DNA of 64,000 nucleotides from a virus (taxonomy: Duplodnaviria; Caudoviricetes), in IMG/VR virus record IMGVR_UViG_3300030420_000007, positions 358-64,357 of that record, one strand, 5' to 3'. Position 1 is the first letter of the stretch. Every line of letters starts with the position of its first letter. The notes beneath the pieces were generated by a model. It was not told the origin of the DNA and searched no databases. It worked only from the letters and a program-made list of their open reading frames with translations. The position numbers were made by a program, and so were the translations under genes. Positions 8,372 to 17,102 of the stretch are shown here, in pieces.

Positions 8372-9826
8372 TTAATCCTTTCCTTCGTCCTCAGCTTCGC
8401 GCCGGCGTCTCCGGCTTCCAGGTCCCATCGGGGCTTTGTCAGCGAGCAACGTCCAGTAATCCATATCAAGGCGAATTGAGTCAAGGCAGAACTGGCCGAT
8501 GGCGTAAGCCTGGGTAACCAAGATGACCTGCTTCGCCTCCTCGTTCCGCGCCTTCTCAACAAATATACGGGCCAGCCCCAGACTATGTTCCTCGGGAGTC
8601 TGACTGTAGGTGAGCATGGTGTCAGCCGTGGCAAGTACGCTGATGTCCTCAGCCGCCATCGATCCGGTCACCATGGTGGCTTTCTCAGACTCCCGGTTGC
8701 CCTGACCCACAATGACCACCGCGCAGTTACGTTCGACCGCAATGCCTCGGAGCCCGGCCACGATCGAAGCCAACTCGACCCGCAGGTTCTTGGGATCGAT
8801 GTCCATCAGCTGGGGGTAGTCAAGGCAGATCAGATCAGGGGAGAAGCCTTCGTACCGCTCAAGGCCGTCCAGGTAGGCCTTGAGCTGGGTGATGGTCAAC
8901 GAGTGGGTTGGGAACTCTTTGATACGGAACGGAGCACGGCGGCGGAACTCACGCTTGGCCCGACTCATCAGGGTCTGCTTGATGCCGTCATCCTTCATCG
9001 TTGGCCGGGTCAGGCTCTCCTGAATCAGATCATCGAGCCCATGCCGTCCTTTGACGAAGCGTGACACCTTGACCTCAGCGTGCCTCCGGCTGATCGAGAA
9101 GAATGACTGGAGCATACGAGCCCCGTAGCGGCGCTCCGACATCTCAAGCGTAACGATCAGGGCCGACCACTTCTGGAGTAGCGCCTGCTTACAGCAGTGG
9201 GTGATGAACCACGACTTACCCTTGCCACGTGCGGCCAGCAATGACAGAAGCTCCTTGCGCCTGGGGATGACCCCCATGTTGTCAAGCTCGGGGATGCCCA
9301 GGTCGAAGCCCTCTTCCTCGGGTGAGTCAATGATTGACCCGACATCCTCAGGCTTGCTCAGACTCAGACCGGCTTCAAAGGATACGACCTGGGTGTCGAG
9401 CCCTTTCTGTAGTTCAATCTCGGCCTGGTCAATCCGGCCTGCCTCAAGTGACTCCACCGCCTTGATGACGGCCGACTTGAGGTTCTGTTGCCGAACGAAT
9501 TTGTGGAGTTGCTTGATGACGTAGTCACCGTTGACGCTCTCCCGGCTCTGGAAGAGGTTCTCAACCAACTTCTCGTAGGTAGCCGCCTTGCGTGCGTCAT
9601 CACCTTTGAGGATGCCTTCCAAGTGATCAGGCAGGTGGTCCTTGATGGCCTCCCCGTACTGGTCAATGAAGTCGATGGCGTGCCCGGCCACCTCACGGAA
9701 GACCGCCGATTCAAACAGCTGGGGCGAGACCGCCGCCCTGACCATCTTGCAGTTGAGGTCGTCGAAGCAGAGCAGCGTGAGGATGTTCTCCTGCAGCGCC
9801 CCGCTCAGTCTCTCTTCATTGTTCAT
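8372..9826 (-). CDS. DnaB-like replicative helicase
   Basis: AARGKGKS Walker A, VTLEMS, ICLDYPQL, QGNRES, EKARN motifs. Confidence 0.88.
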   Translation of the reverse strand: MNNEERLSGALQENILTLLCFDDLNCKMVRAAVSPQLFESAVFREVAGHAIDFIDQYGEAIKDHLPDHLEGILKGDDARKAATYEKLVENLFQSRESVNGDYVIKQLHKFVRQQNLKSAVIKAVESLEAGRIDQAEIELQKGLDTQVVSFEAGLSLSKPEDVGSIIDSPEEEGFDLGIPELDNMGVIPRRKELLSLLAARGKGKSWFITHCCKQALLQKWSALIVTLEMSERRYGARMLQSFFSISRRHAEVKVSRFVKGRHGLDDLIQESLTRPTMKDDGIKQTLMSRAKREFRRRAPFRIKEFPTHSLTITQLKAYLDGLERYEGFSPDLICLDYPQLMDIDPKNLRVELASIVAGLRGIAVERNCAVVIVGQGNRESEKATMVTGSMAAEDISVLATADTMLTYSQTPEEHSLGLARIFVEKARNEEAKQVILVTQAYAIGQFCLDSIRLDMDYWTLLADKAPMGPGSRRRRREAEDEGKD

Positions 9827-9829
9827 GGG

Positions 9830-10684
9830 TCAATCTCGTTGGGTTTTGATTTGCTCGAATGCGCGGACCATCGACATGGTGGTGTCGATGTCATAGAAGC
9901 CGAGTGATCTATACATGGCCCGCTCATCAAAGCCGCCCCGGTACTTGGGGAGCTGAGTTTCAAAGGGGAACCGATCATGGGGCAGCTTGATGATCTTCAA
10001 GTTGCGTTCGATGATGTCGGAGTGCTTGGCGCGAAGCTCCCGCATCTTGCCTGGGTCGAAGATGGCCTGCTTCGCGGTCACAGGTCCCACGCGGTTGATC
10101 CCTGGCACGTCATTGTGAGTGCCAGTGATGGCCGTCATCAGCATGAACTGGTCCGGGGTGAGCCCCTGGTTCTTCATCAGCATCTCGCCGGTCATGACCT
10201 CGCTGATGCCCTTGGAGTAGATGCCGAAGTTGGGAGCCCACAAGAGCTGAAAGAGGTCGCTGTCATTGCTCGCCGCGTAGATCATGTCGAAGCGGTGGCG
10301 GTACTTCATCACGCAATGTCCTATGAGGTCATCACTTTCGAATCCGTCGAGACCCCATCCCTCATGTCCGATGTCAAGCAATGTCTGCTTGACCAGGGTC
10401 ATGGACTGCTGCTGCATTTTGTACAGCTCTTCATCCCGGCTTTGCTTGCGGAAGGCCTTGTACAGTGGGAAGTCGAGGCTGCGCAGGTAAGGCTTGCGGT
10501 CCTCACAGAACACCACGTGGGTGGCCTTGGTCTCCCTGATGATCTTGGCGACGGTGGTGAAAAAGCCGTAGAGCCCTCCGGTGAAGACTCGACGGCTGGT
10601 CAGCATGGGGTGAGCCGCGGTAGCCCGGTAGACCTGGTAAGACAGGTCCACAGCCAGCAGCACCCGTTTTGGTGGGTGCATCAT
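9830..10684 (-). CDS. 5'-3' exonuclease / flap endonuclease
   Basis: VDLSYQVYRA, YK..R, FESDDLIG, SNDSDLFQL, GTHNDVPGI..VGP.TA helix-hairpin-helix. Confidence 0.9.
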   Translation of the reverse strand: MMHPPKRVLLAVDLSYQVYRATAAHPMLTSRRVFTGGLYGFFTTVAKIIRETKATHVVFCEDRKPYLRSLDFPLYKAFRKQSRDEELYKMQQQSMTLVKQTLLDIGHEGWGLDGFESDDLIGHCVMKYRHRFDMIYAASNDSDLFQLLWAPNFGIYSKGISEVMTGEMLMKNQGLTPDQFMLMTAITGTHNDVPGINRVGPVTAKQAIFDPGKMRELRAKHSDIIERNLKIIKLPHDRFPFETQLPKYRGGFDERAMYRSLGFYDIDTTMSMVRAFEQIKTQRD

Positions 10685-10685
10685 G

Positions 10686-11405
10686 TCAAGGCACGTTGAT
10701 GATCTTGTGCACCTGGAGGCTCAAGCGATAGCCGTGCTCCATGCAGAGGCGAACAGCCAGCTGCTGATTACGTGCGTTCAGCTCGGGTACCTTCTGATCG
10801 CAGGGAGACACCCACACCACATCGTCCGGCCGACCAGGAGCCCGGTAGAGCGGCTGGAACGAGCGCATGTTGTTGATCTGGGTGCCCACGCCAGGCAATC
10901 CATCCCAACCGGCACCACCATCATCGATGATCACGTACTTCCAGTGACGGCACCACGTGATGATGGCCGGGTTGACCTTGGGGGTCTTGGGGCTGCACAC
11001 AATCATGACTTGGCCCGATTCGATCAACTCCTCCAGGCCGGGTTGCCACAGGGTGCCCGCGGTCTCGATCTGAACCAGCTTGGTGCCGGTTTCCAGCAGG
11101 CTCTTGATCAGCAAGCTGATGTCCTGGCGCAGAGGCTCACCCCCGGTCAAAACCACCAGCTTGCGTTGCATCTCCGGGAAGACCAGGATGTGGTCCATGA
11201 CGGTGGCCAGCGGCTCGACCTGATCGGCCTTGGTCTCGAACTGGGTGTCACAATAGTGACAGGCCAGGTTGCAGCCGGCCATTCGGATGAACAGTGCTGC
11301 TTGCCCAGACAAGGGTCCCTCACCTTGGATGGTGTAGAAGATGTCCTCGACGCTGAGTTGCTCGGGATGGCTGGTCTTGGATCGGATGGGATTCTGGCCG
11401 AACAT
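10686..11405 (-). CDS. queE: 7-carboxy-7-deazaguanine synthase QueE (radical SAM)
   Basis: IFYTIQGEG..SG..ALFIRMAGCNLACHYCDT (CX3CX2C), VLTGGEPL, IETAGT, SPK, SLQVHK; start at MFGQN (RBS AGGAG). Confidence 0.93.
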   Translation of the reverse strand: MFGQNPIRSKTSHPEQLSVEDIFYTIQGEGPLSGQAALFIRMAGCNLACHYCDTQFETKADQVEPLATVMDHILVFPEMQRKLVVLTGGEPLRQDISLLIKSLLETGTKLVQIETAGTLWQPGLEELIESGQVMIVCSPKTPKVNPAIITWCRHWKYVIIDDGGAGWDGLPGVGTQINNMRSFQPLYRAPGRPDDVVWVSPCDQKVPELNARNQQLAVRLCMEHGYRLSLQVHKIINVP

Positions 11406-11437
11406 GTTGATGCTCCTGGGTTGATGACGGACAGGCA

Positions 11438-11478
11438 ATTATACGGAGGGTTTGCCTTTTACAAATTCTTTATATAAT
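11438..11478. promoter_or_regulatory. Overlapping divergent sigma70-type promoters at the main strand switch
   Basis: Minus: TTGTAA(11464-11459)-N15-TATAAT(11443-11438); plus: TTGCCT(11452-11457)-N15-TATAAT(11473-11478); AT-rich island between divergent operons; spacers are short, so -35 picks are uncertain. Confidence 0.55.
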
Positions 11479-11512
11479 CGTGACGTTCATCAACCAACCA
11501 AAGGAGTCTCAA

Positions 11513-11896
11513 ATGAACACGAGCAAGATGATGACCAGCAAGGAAGTGGGCGAAGCCCTGGACGTGAGTCACATGACGATCTACAACTGGCGCGAGCAGA
11601 AGCAGCTGAAGAGCCACAAGGACAAGGGCTCGCGCCTCGTCTTCTTTGACCCCAAGGAAGTGGTGGCCCTGGCCAAGTCACGCGGCGTGAAGCTGACTCT
11701 GACCCAGATCGCCCAGATCATCAGCACGCGTGCTCCGACCAAGCCTGGACCGAAGGCAGGAACCAAGACCTCGGCCAAGGTTGCCGTCAAGCGTCGGGTC
11801 AAGGCCTCGATGAAGATCGCCGCGGACAAGGCTCAGGCTCACCGCCGTCGGGTCAGCGTCGCCAAATCCTCGCCGTCCAATCACGTCGAGGGTTAA
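11513..11896 (+). CDS. MerR/excisionase-type HTH DNA-binding protein with basic tail
   Basis: MTSKEVGEALDVSHMTIYNWREQKQL...FDPKEV; Lys/Ala-rich C-terminus; RBS AAGGAG. Confidence 0.8.
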   Translation: MNTSKMMTSKEVGEALDVSHMTIYNWREQKQLKSHKDKGSRLVFFDPKEVVALAKSRGVKLTLTQIAQIISTRAPTKPGPKAGTKTSAKVAVKRRVKASMKIAADKAQAHRRRVSVAKSSPSNHVEG

Positions 11897-11922
11897 CGTA
11901 ATCCCAATCAAGGGAGGGCAGC

Positions 11923-12579
11923 ATGAAGCGAGTCACACTAACCAGACCTCTACGTAAGAGTCCAGCTTACGTAAAGTCAAAAGAATCCGGGGTCCCAACC
12001 TCCCCCCTCCCCCCTCCCTATAGGGGAGGGGAGGGGAGGGGGGTCCCCCTGGAAGTGTTAGTTAAGGAAGAAAAAAATAAGGTGGGCAGTCTCCTTGACC
12101 AAGCAAGTGAGCTGAGTGCTACGGACCGCAAGCTGCTCCTCGCCAAACTCTCACTAGGCCTACATCACAGCCGCAGCGATGATCCCCGTGACCTTGACAT
12201 GTGGGTAGCAGCGGTCTACGAGGGTCTACAAACTGCGTTCGGGGCTGGGGATGGGGCAGGGGTAGGCCCAGCCGCCGTAAAGCGAACATTGGGCTCTCCT
12301 GCCTGTTGGGGTCCCGTGGCTGAGTTCATGGGCTTCAGTAAGCTCGACCAGCTCAAGGTAGCCGAACGCCAAAGTGTCTACCAACTCCTAGCCGGGCTGG
12401 TCATCAAGCACGCGCGCTACGTATCTAGCCACAGCGGAGCCCCGATGTCTGCCAAGCTGGTGGGCTCCGTGTCGGTCAACATCGCCGGCATCTTTGATCA
12501 GGCCTTCCCCGGCTACCTGGCTTCGGGCCTGGCGAAGATGGTGGCGACTCGCCTGGTCAGGCAGAGGGAGGTAGCATGA
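11923..12579 (+). CDS. Hypothetical protein (contains the G/C-tract element near its 5' end)
   Basis: 218 aa ORF, RBS AGGGAGG, ATGA-coupled to the next gene. Confidence 0.65.
   Translation: MKRVTLTRPLRKSPAYVKSKESGVPTSPLPPPYRGGEGRGVPLEVLVKEEKNKVGSLLDQASELSATDRKLLLAKLSLGLHHSRSDDPRDLDMWVAAVYEGLQTAFGAGDGAGVGPAAVKRTLGSPACWGPVAEFMGFSKLDQLKVAERQSVYQLLAGLVIKHARYVSSHSGAPMSAKLVGSVSVNIAGIFDQAFPGYLASGLAKMVATRLVRQREVA
11989..12047. other. Polypyrimidine-TATA-polypurine element with G-quadruplex motifs
   Basis: CCTCCCCCCTCCCCCCTCCC-TATA-GGGGAGGGGAGGGGAGGGGGG, flanked by direct repeats GGGGTCCC (11989-11996, 12040-12047). Confidence 0.8.
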
Positions 12580-12869
12580 AGATACCCAGCACGATCTATG
12601 GCGCCTTTTTCTTGGCTTGTCTGTTGGGCCCTTACATCATCATGTCGGAGCCCAAGCCCCAGCCCCCTTCGGGATGCGCGGGGCTTACGCCGATCCCTCT
12701 GTCCTCCGCCAAGCGATCCCCGGAGCACCAGCTGTGCTTCGACACCCTTGCCAGCTACAGCTGTGGTGGTCCTGAGGGCAGCTGGACCGAGATTGAGTCA
12801 GGGATCATTCAATGCAGGACCAAGCACTCACGGCCGGTCGGCAAGCCTGTGGCCATCCTCAGCAAATGA
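12576..12869 (+). CDS. Hypothetical Cys-rich protein with N-terminal hydrophobic segment
   Basis: IYGAFFLACLLGPYII membrane-like stretch, several Cys. Confidence 0.6.
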   Translation: MKIPSTIYGAFFLACLLGPYIIMSEPKPQPPSGCAGLTPIPLSSAKRSPEHQLCFDTLASYSCGGPEGSWTEIESGIIQCRTKHSRPVGKPVAILSK

Positions 12870-13180
12870 ACTCGACGCTGACCGGGTATCTCCTCTACCA
12901 CCCACAACTGGGGGTCTACCTTGGGCATGATGATCGGCAGCACTATTGGTCAAAGGTCAACCCGGGATCACTGACGATGGCCATCGTCTTCCCTGAGATC
13001 GACGAGATCAGGGCCTTCGTTGGTGGTTGGCCCATTGCTGCTGCTGCAGTGGCCATCCCGATCACATCTGACCGTCAGGTTGGCATCACGCAGTACGCAA
13101 CGATGGGGCGCTGCGTTGAGGCCGGGGTCACCCTGGGTTGGCTGGGGCGCTCGACCCCCTGCCTAGGCCCGATTCACTGA
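12866..13180 (+). CDS. Hypothetical protein
   Basis: MNSTLTGYLLYHPQLGVYLG...; ATGA overlap with the previous gene. Confidence 0.6.
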   Translation: MNSTLTGYLLYHPQLGVYLGHDDRQHYWSKVNPGSLTMAIVFPEIDEIRAFVGGWPIAAAAVAIPITSDRQVGITQYATMGRCVEAGVTLGWLGRSTPCLGPIH

Positions 13181-13271
13181 GCCCGGGCTTGGTTTTGCTT
13201 AAAAATTAGTCAAAATCGGCTAATTTTGCTCCCCTGGGTGAGTCTTTTTGGCAATTTGGCGCAGAAATCGC

Positions 13272-13300
13272 TGTACACCACCGTAAAGTGTTTATATAAT
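13272..13300 (+). promoter_or_regulatory. Sigma70-type early promoter
   Basis: TGTACA-N17-TATAAT; upstream inverted repeat AAAATTAG-N10-CTAATTTT (13202-13227) could be an operator. Confidence 0.6.
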
Positions 13301-13348
13301 CTCTCCAACGCCGCTGATTTCCACCGGCGTAACCTAGGAGAGACTATC

Positions 13349-13846
13349 ATGGCTACCACCTCTAAGCAATCCCGCAACGCCCGCTTCCAAGAAGGCTCTG
13401 GCGTCTACGTCTGCCGCTGCTGCAAGCACAACACCCGCTCGACTGGTGGTGATGGCGCCGGCGTCAGGCTCTGTGACCTTTGCTTTGAGTTGGCCGGCGA
13501 AGAAAATAGCGTCGCCGACACCGGTGACTTCTACGAATCCGTTGATTGTGTCAAGGGGCTTCTCACGGCCCTCGATCAACGCAATGGGGCTGGAACGGCT
13601 CTTCGCTGCTTCCCGGCCTTGATGTCTGTGGCCTACCCGGCTCAGGATGAGCAAATCATCCAAGGTCCGAAGGTTCAGATTCAAATGAGCTTGAAGCAGG
13701 CCGCGTTCCTGTCTCAACTGGCTGCGTACGCGGCTGATCACATGACCATGCTGCCTGAAACCCGCGAAGAAGCCCGTCTGATGTCCGGCATGCTAGAGCC
13801 TGAGATGCTCGTGCTTGAAGGCACTCTCAACGACTTCACTGCTTAA
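13349..13846 (+). CDS. Hypothetical Zn-finger protein
   Basis: CRCCK...CDLC motif; RBS AGGAGA. Confidence 0.7.
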   Translation: MATTSKQSRNARFQEGSGVYVCRCCKHNTRSTGGDGAGVRLCDLCFELAGEENSVADTGDFYESVDCVKGLLTALDQRNGAGTALRCFPALMSVAYPAQDEQIIQGPKVQIQMSLKQAAFLSQLAAYAADHMTMLPETREEARLMSGMLEPEMLVLEGTLNDFTA

Positions 13847-13856
13847 GGAGATGATC

Positions 13857-14036
13857 ATGTACGACTTTGAAGTTGCCTCCCAGCTCCTCCCCTTCATCAT
13901 CGTGGTCATCACCGACGCCGGTGAGCGCCACGAATTCGATGGGCTCTATCTGACCAGCATCGACGCCCAGGTCGACGCCATGCGGAGATTCCCCGGCGCT
14001 CGCCGGATCGAGGTTAAGCCCCACCCAGCCGGCTGA
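13857..14036 (+). CDS. Small hypothetical protein
   Basis: RBS AAGGAG; 59 aa. Confidence 0.6.
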   Translation: MYDFEVASQLLPFIIVVITDAGERHEFDGLYLTSIDAQVDAMRRFPGARRIEVKPHPAG

Positions 14037-14042
14037 TGACCA

Positions 14043-14074
14043 AGCCTGGAGCCTCACGCGTGGGGCTCTGGGCT
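14043..14074 (+). other. Intergenic RNA hairpin (about 14 bp, 3 G-U pairs)
   Basis: AGCCTGGAGCCTCAC-GC-GTGGGGCTCTGGGCT pairs fully only on the plus strand through G-U wobbles; no U-tail. Confidence 0.5.
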
Positions 14075-14115
14075 AGGAATCCCTCCTAGCACTTTAACCT
14101 ATCGGAGATTTCAAC

Positions 14116-15447
14116 ATGTCCAAGCAAACTGCCAAGAACCACGCCGGCGCCGCAATCGCCGCCGCCGCAGCCAGCAGCAAGGTCACCACCCTCGCCGCTG
14201 CCCCGACCACCCCCAAGCATGGCGCCATCGTCAAGCATGGGAAGCACTTCATGGTGCACGTCGGCAGCAATTACTACAACCTCTTCGCAGCCTCTGACAA
14301 AGAGAAGAAGAACTGCCTGGCCTCGGGTGTCACGCTGGAGAAGGCCAAGGCCCTGGCGGACGGTCTGGTTGACCTGGGTAACGCCCAGCAGAAGCCCCAG
14401 GAGAGGGCCCAGGAGGCCGTAAAGCCGGCCGCCCCTGTGGTTCCCCCTGTCCCGGCTCCCAAGCCCGCATTCGACGGTATCCCGAGCCCTGAGAGCGTGG
14501 CCAAGCGCGCCGAAGGTCTGGGGGTCATCAAGCGCACCAACGCTTACTTCATCGACCCCAAAGCCTTGACGCGGCGCGAGGGCTGGAACCCCCGTTTCGA
14601 CATGGGTGAGATCGACCAGCTCGCCAAGAGCCTGAAGGCGAACGGCATGCTCAACCCGATCCGCGTCAAGCGCCTGACGGTCAACAAAGACAACCAGTTC
14701 GCCTTCGAGCTGATCGATGGTGACCGCCGCTTCACGGCCATCGAGTCGATGGTCAAGGATGGCACTTACGCCAAGGCCTTTCCCGATGGCATCCCGGCGA
14801 TCATCGTGGACAAGGCTCAGGACGACATGACCTCGCTGTTCCAGATGTTCGAGGCCAACAGCGGCAAGGCATTCCTGCCCTTGGAGGAGGCGGCGGCCTA
14901 CCAGCGCATGCGCGATGGCGACAAGGAAGCCGGGATCAAGGGGCTGACCATCAAGCAAATCTGTGAACGCGTCGGTCGCAAGCAGGTCCACGTGGTCGAG
15001 ATGCTCAACCTGCTCAAGGCTGACGCTGAGGTCCACGACGCGGTGAAGTCTGGCGCCATCGGCAAGACCATGGCCAAGCGAATTGCCACTGACGCCAAGG
15101 GCGACGCCGGCAAGCAGAAGCAGCTCGTGGCCGCCGCTAAGAGCGCCGGCAAGGACAAGGGCTCGAAGGCCGGAGTCAAGCGCCAGCTGGACACCGCTCG
15201 CCGCGCCAAGGCAGCGACCAAGGGCAAGACGCTCAAGATCCGCGCCCTGGACAACCAGGAGCTGTCGGCGCTCGGGGCTAAGGTGGCCTCCTCGATGGCT
15301 GACAAGATGGTGCTCGCTGACCTGCCGCTTGAGTCTGACCTGCGCAAGTGGATCCAGGGTAACCCGGACCTGGCCCTGGCGGCATCCTTCGGCGCTCTGG
15401 AAGCACTCAAGCGCGCCGCAGGCATGGACCTGAGCCTCGAATTCTGA
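14116..15447 (+). CDS. ParB/Srx-domain protein with HTH (Spo0J/RepB-like)
   Basis: NPRFDMGEIDQLAKSLKANGMLNPIRV...LIDGDRRFTA; LTIKQICERVGRKQVHV HTH. Confidence 0.85.
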   Translation: MSKQTAKNHAGAAIAAAAASSKVTTLAAAPTTPKHGAIVKHGKHFMVHVGSNYYNLFAASDKEKKNCLASGVTLEKAKALADGLVDLGNAQQKPQERAQEAVKPAAPVVPPVPAPKPAFDGIPSPESVAKRAEGLGVIKRTNAYFIDPKALTRREGWNPRFDMGEIDQLAKSLKANGMLNPIRVKRLTVNKDNQFAFELIDGDRRFTAIESMVKDGTYAKAFPDGIPAIIVDKAQDDMTSLFQMFEANSGKAFLPLEEAAAYQRMRDGDKEAGIKGLTIKQICERVGRKQVHVVEMLNLLKADAEVHDAVKSGAIGKTMAKRIATDAKGDAGKQKQLVAAAKSAGKDKGSKAGVKRQLDTARRAKAATKGKTLKIRALDNQELSALGAKVASSMADKMVLADLPLESDLRKWIQGNPDLALAASFGALEALKRAAGMDLSLEF

Positions 15448-15473
15448 TCATCATCACTCAAGGAGAAATCAAC

Positions 15474-16523
15474 ATGGCACATGAACTCACCATTCGCGCC
15501 TCCGGGCGCGCTGAGATGGCCTTCGTTGGGGAAACCCCCTGGCATGGCCTCGGCCAGAACGTCACCAAGGGCGCGAGCATCGGGGTCTGGCAGAAGGAGG
15601 CCGGCATGGATTGGACCGCGGAGGAAAGCCGCGTCAGCTTTCATCCCGTGGTCAAAGGAACCAAGGCCACCGGCTCCCTGGTCGTTGGTGGCTACAAGGC
15701 GATCTACCGGAGTGACACCCGGGACCCCCTCTCCATCGTTGGCCAGGGATACCAAGTGGTCCAGCCGAAGGATGTCCTCGAATTCTTCCGTGATCTGACC
15801 GAGGTCGGGGGCTGGCATATCCACACGGCTGGTACGCTGCGTGGCGGCCGCAAGCTCTGGGCGATGGCCAGCCACCACGAGCAGGACGACGTGGGCAAGG
15901 GTGACCGCATCCACAACAACCTGCTGCTGGCCACCAGCCTCGACGGCTCGATGAAGACCACGGCCATGCTGACTGCTGTGCGCGTGGTCTGCGCCAACAC
16001 CCTGGCCATTGCTCTGCACGCGCCGGGCTCCGAGAATGAACGCGCGGTCAAGGTCAGCCACCGGAGCGTCTTTGATCCCAGCGGGATTAAGCGGGCTCTG
16101 GGTGTGGCTGCTGACTCGTTCGAGGTGTTCATGCAGCAAGCCCGTGAGTTGGCTGATACCCCGATGGCGCTGGACCAAGCACGCGAGATCATTGCTTCGG
16201 TGTTCGTCAGCCAGAGTCAGAGCCGGGCGGTTGACACCTCTTGGATGGGTGACCTGGCCAGCTTCAAAGCCGGTGACCCCGATCAGGAGGAACCGAAGGA
16301 CAGCCGCTCGGTGGGGCGTATCCTTGATCTCTTCCAGGGGGAGGGCATGGGCTCTCAGCTCGCCACCTCGCGTAACACGGCCTGGGGCCTGCTCAACGCG
16401 GTCACCCAGTTCGTTGATCACGAGATGGGACGGACTGATGACACCCGGCTGGACGGCGCCTGGTTCGGGCGTGGCCAGCAATTCAAGCAGCAGGCAATGA
16501 GTTCGTTGCTCGCAATCGTTTAA
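15474..16523 (+). CDS. DUF932/DUF945-family phage/plasmid protein
   Basis: MAFVGETPWHGLG, YQVVQP, TAGTLRGGRKLW, LLLATSLDGS, RVVCANTL, TAWGLLNAVTQFVDH, WFG. Confidence 0.85.
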   Translation: MAHELTIRASGRAEMAFVGETPWHGLGQNVTKGASIGVWQKEAGMDWTAEESRVSFHPVVKGTKATGSLVVGGYKAIYRSDTRDPLSIVGQGYQVVQPKDVLEFFRDLTEVGGWHIHTAGTLRGGRKLWAMASHHEQDDVGKGDRIHNNLLLATSLDGSMKTTAMLTAVRVVCANTLAIALHAPGSENERAVKVSHRSVFDPSGIKRALGVAADSFEVFMQQARELADTPMALDQAREIIASVFVSQSQSRAVDTSWMGDLASFKAGDPDQEEPKDSRSVGRILDLFQGEGMGSQLATSRNTAWGLLNAVTQFVDHEMGRTDDTRLDGAWFGRGQQFKQQAMSSLLAIV

Positions 16524-16545
16524 CGTTTAAACCAAGGAGAACATC

Positions 16546-17043
16546 ATGAAGAAACTTATCATCACCCTCTGCCTGCTGCTTGCGGGCTCCCATGCCATCG
16601 CCGTTGACTTCAGTGACCGGCTCAAGACGGAGTTCAAGGAGGCCGAGTACGGTCTGCATCTGATCTCGATGCACGTCCCCAACACCTCCACCAACAACGG
16701 CAACCTCGGCGCGTATGTGATCACCAAGAACCGGTACGTGCTCAACACCTACTACAACTCCTATCACACGATGGGCTTCACGGTGGGTTGGCAGACCCCC
16801 GAGTTCTACCGGTTCAGCGCCACGCTGGGAGCGGTGTACGGTTACAAGCAAGTCAGCGGCCTTCTGTGGACCCCGGCGATCATCCCGATGATCCGCGTGG
16901 CCACCTTCGAGAAGCCTTGGGCGGGAGTCGACGAGTTCAACGTGCGTGTGACGTTCGCGCCCAACACCGAGAAGCTTGATTTCACGAAGTATGGTGGAAA
17001 TGCCATCGGGCTCTGGCACCTCGCCGTTGGCTTTAAATTCTGA
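16546..17043 (+). CDS. PagP-like outer-membrane beta-barrel
   Basis: Sec signal (MKKLIITLCLLLAGSHAIA), SMH...NNGNLG.Y, YYNSY, LGAVYGY, alternating beta strands, terminal GFKF beta-signal. Confidence 0.65.
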   Translation: MKKLIITLCLLLAGSHAIAVDFSDRLKTEFKEAEYGLHLISMHVPNTSTNNGNLGAYVITKNRYVLNTYYNSYHTMGFTVGWQTPEFYRFSATLGAVYGYKQVSGLLWTPAIIPMIRVATFEKPWAGVDEFNVRVTFAPNTEKLDFTKYGGNAIGLWHLAVGFKF

Positions 17044-17065
17044 TTCGAGCCGGGCTCGTATATCT

Positions 17066-17090
17066 AGGGGCACTTCGCCCCTTTTCTTTT
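17066..17090 (+). terminator. Rho-independent terminator
   Basis: AGGGGC-ACTTC-GCCCCT then TTTCTTTT. Confidence 0.6.
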
Positions 17091-17102
17091 GGAGTATTCG
17101 CA

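Noticed and set aside
11513-11896. HTH gene as excisionase indicating a prophage
   Set aside because: No integrase, att-like tRNA end or host genes in the window; lifestyle unresolved because part of the genome is unseen.
14898-16481. 527-aa minus-strand ORF
   Set aside because: Antisense to the ParB-like and DUF932-like genes; no motifs or RBS; long shadow ORFs are expected at this GC content.
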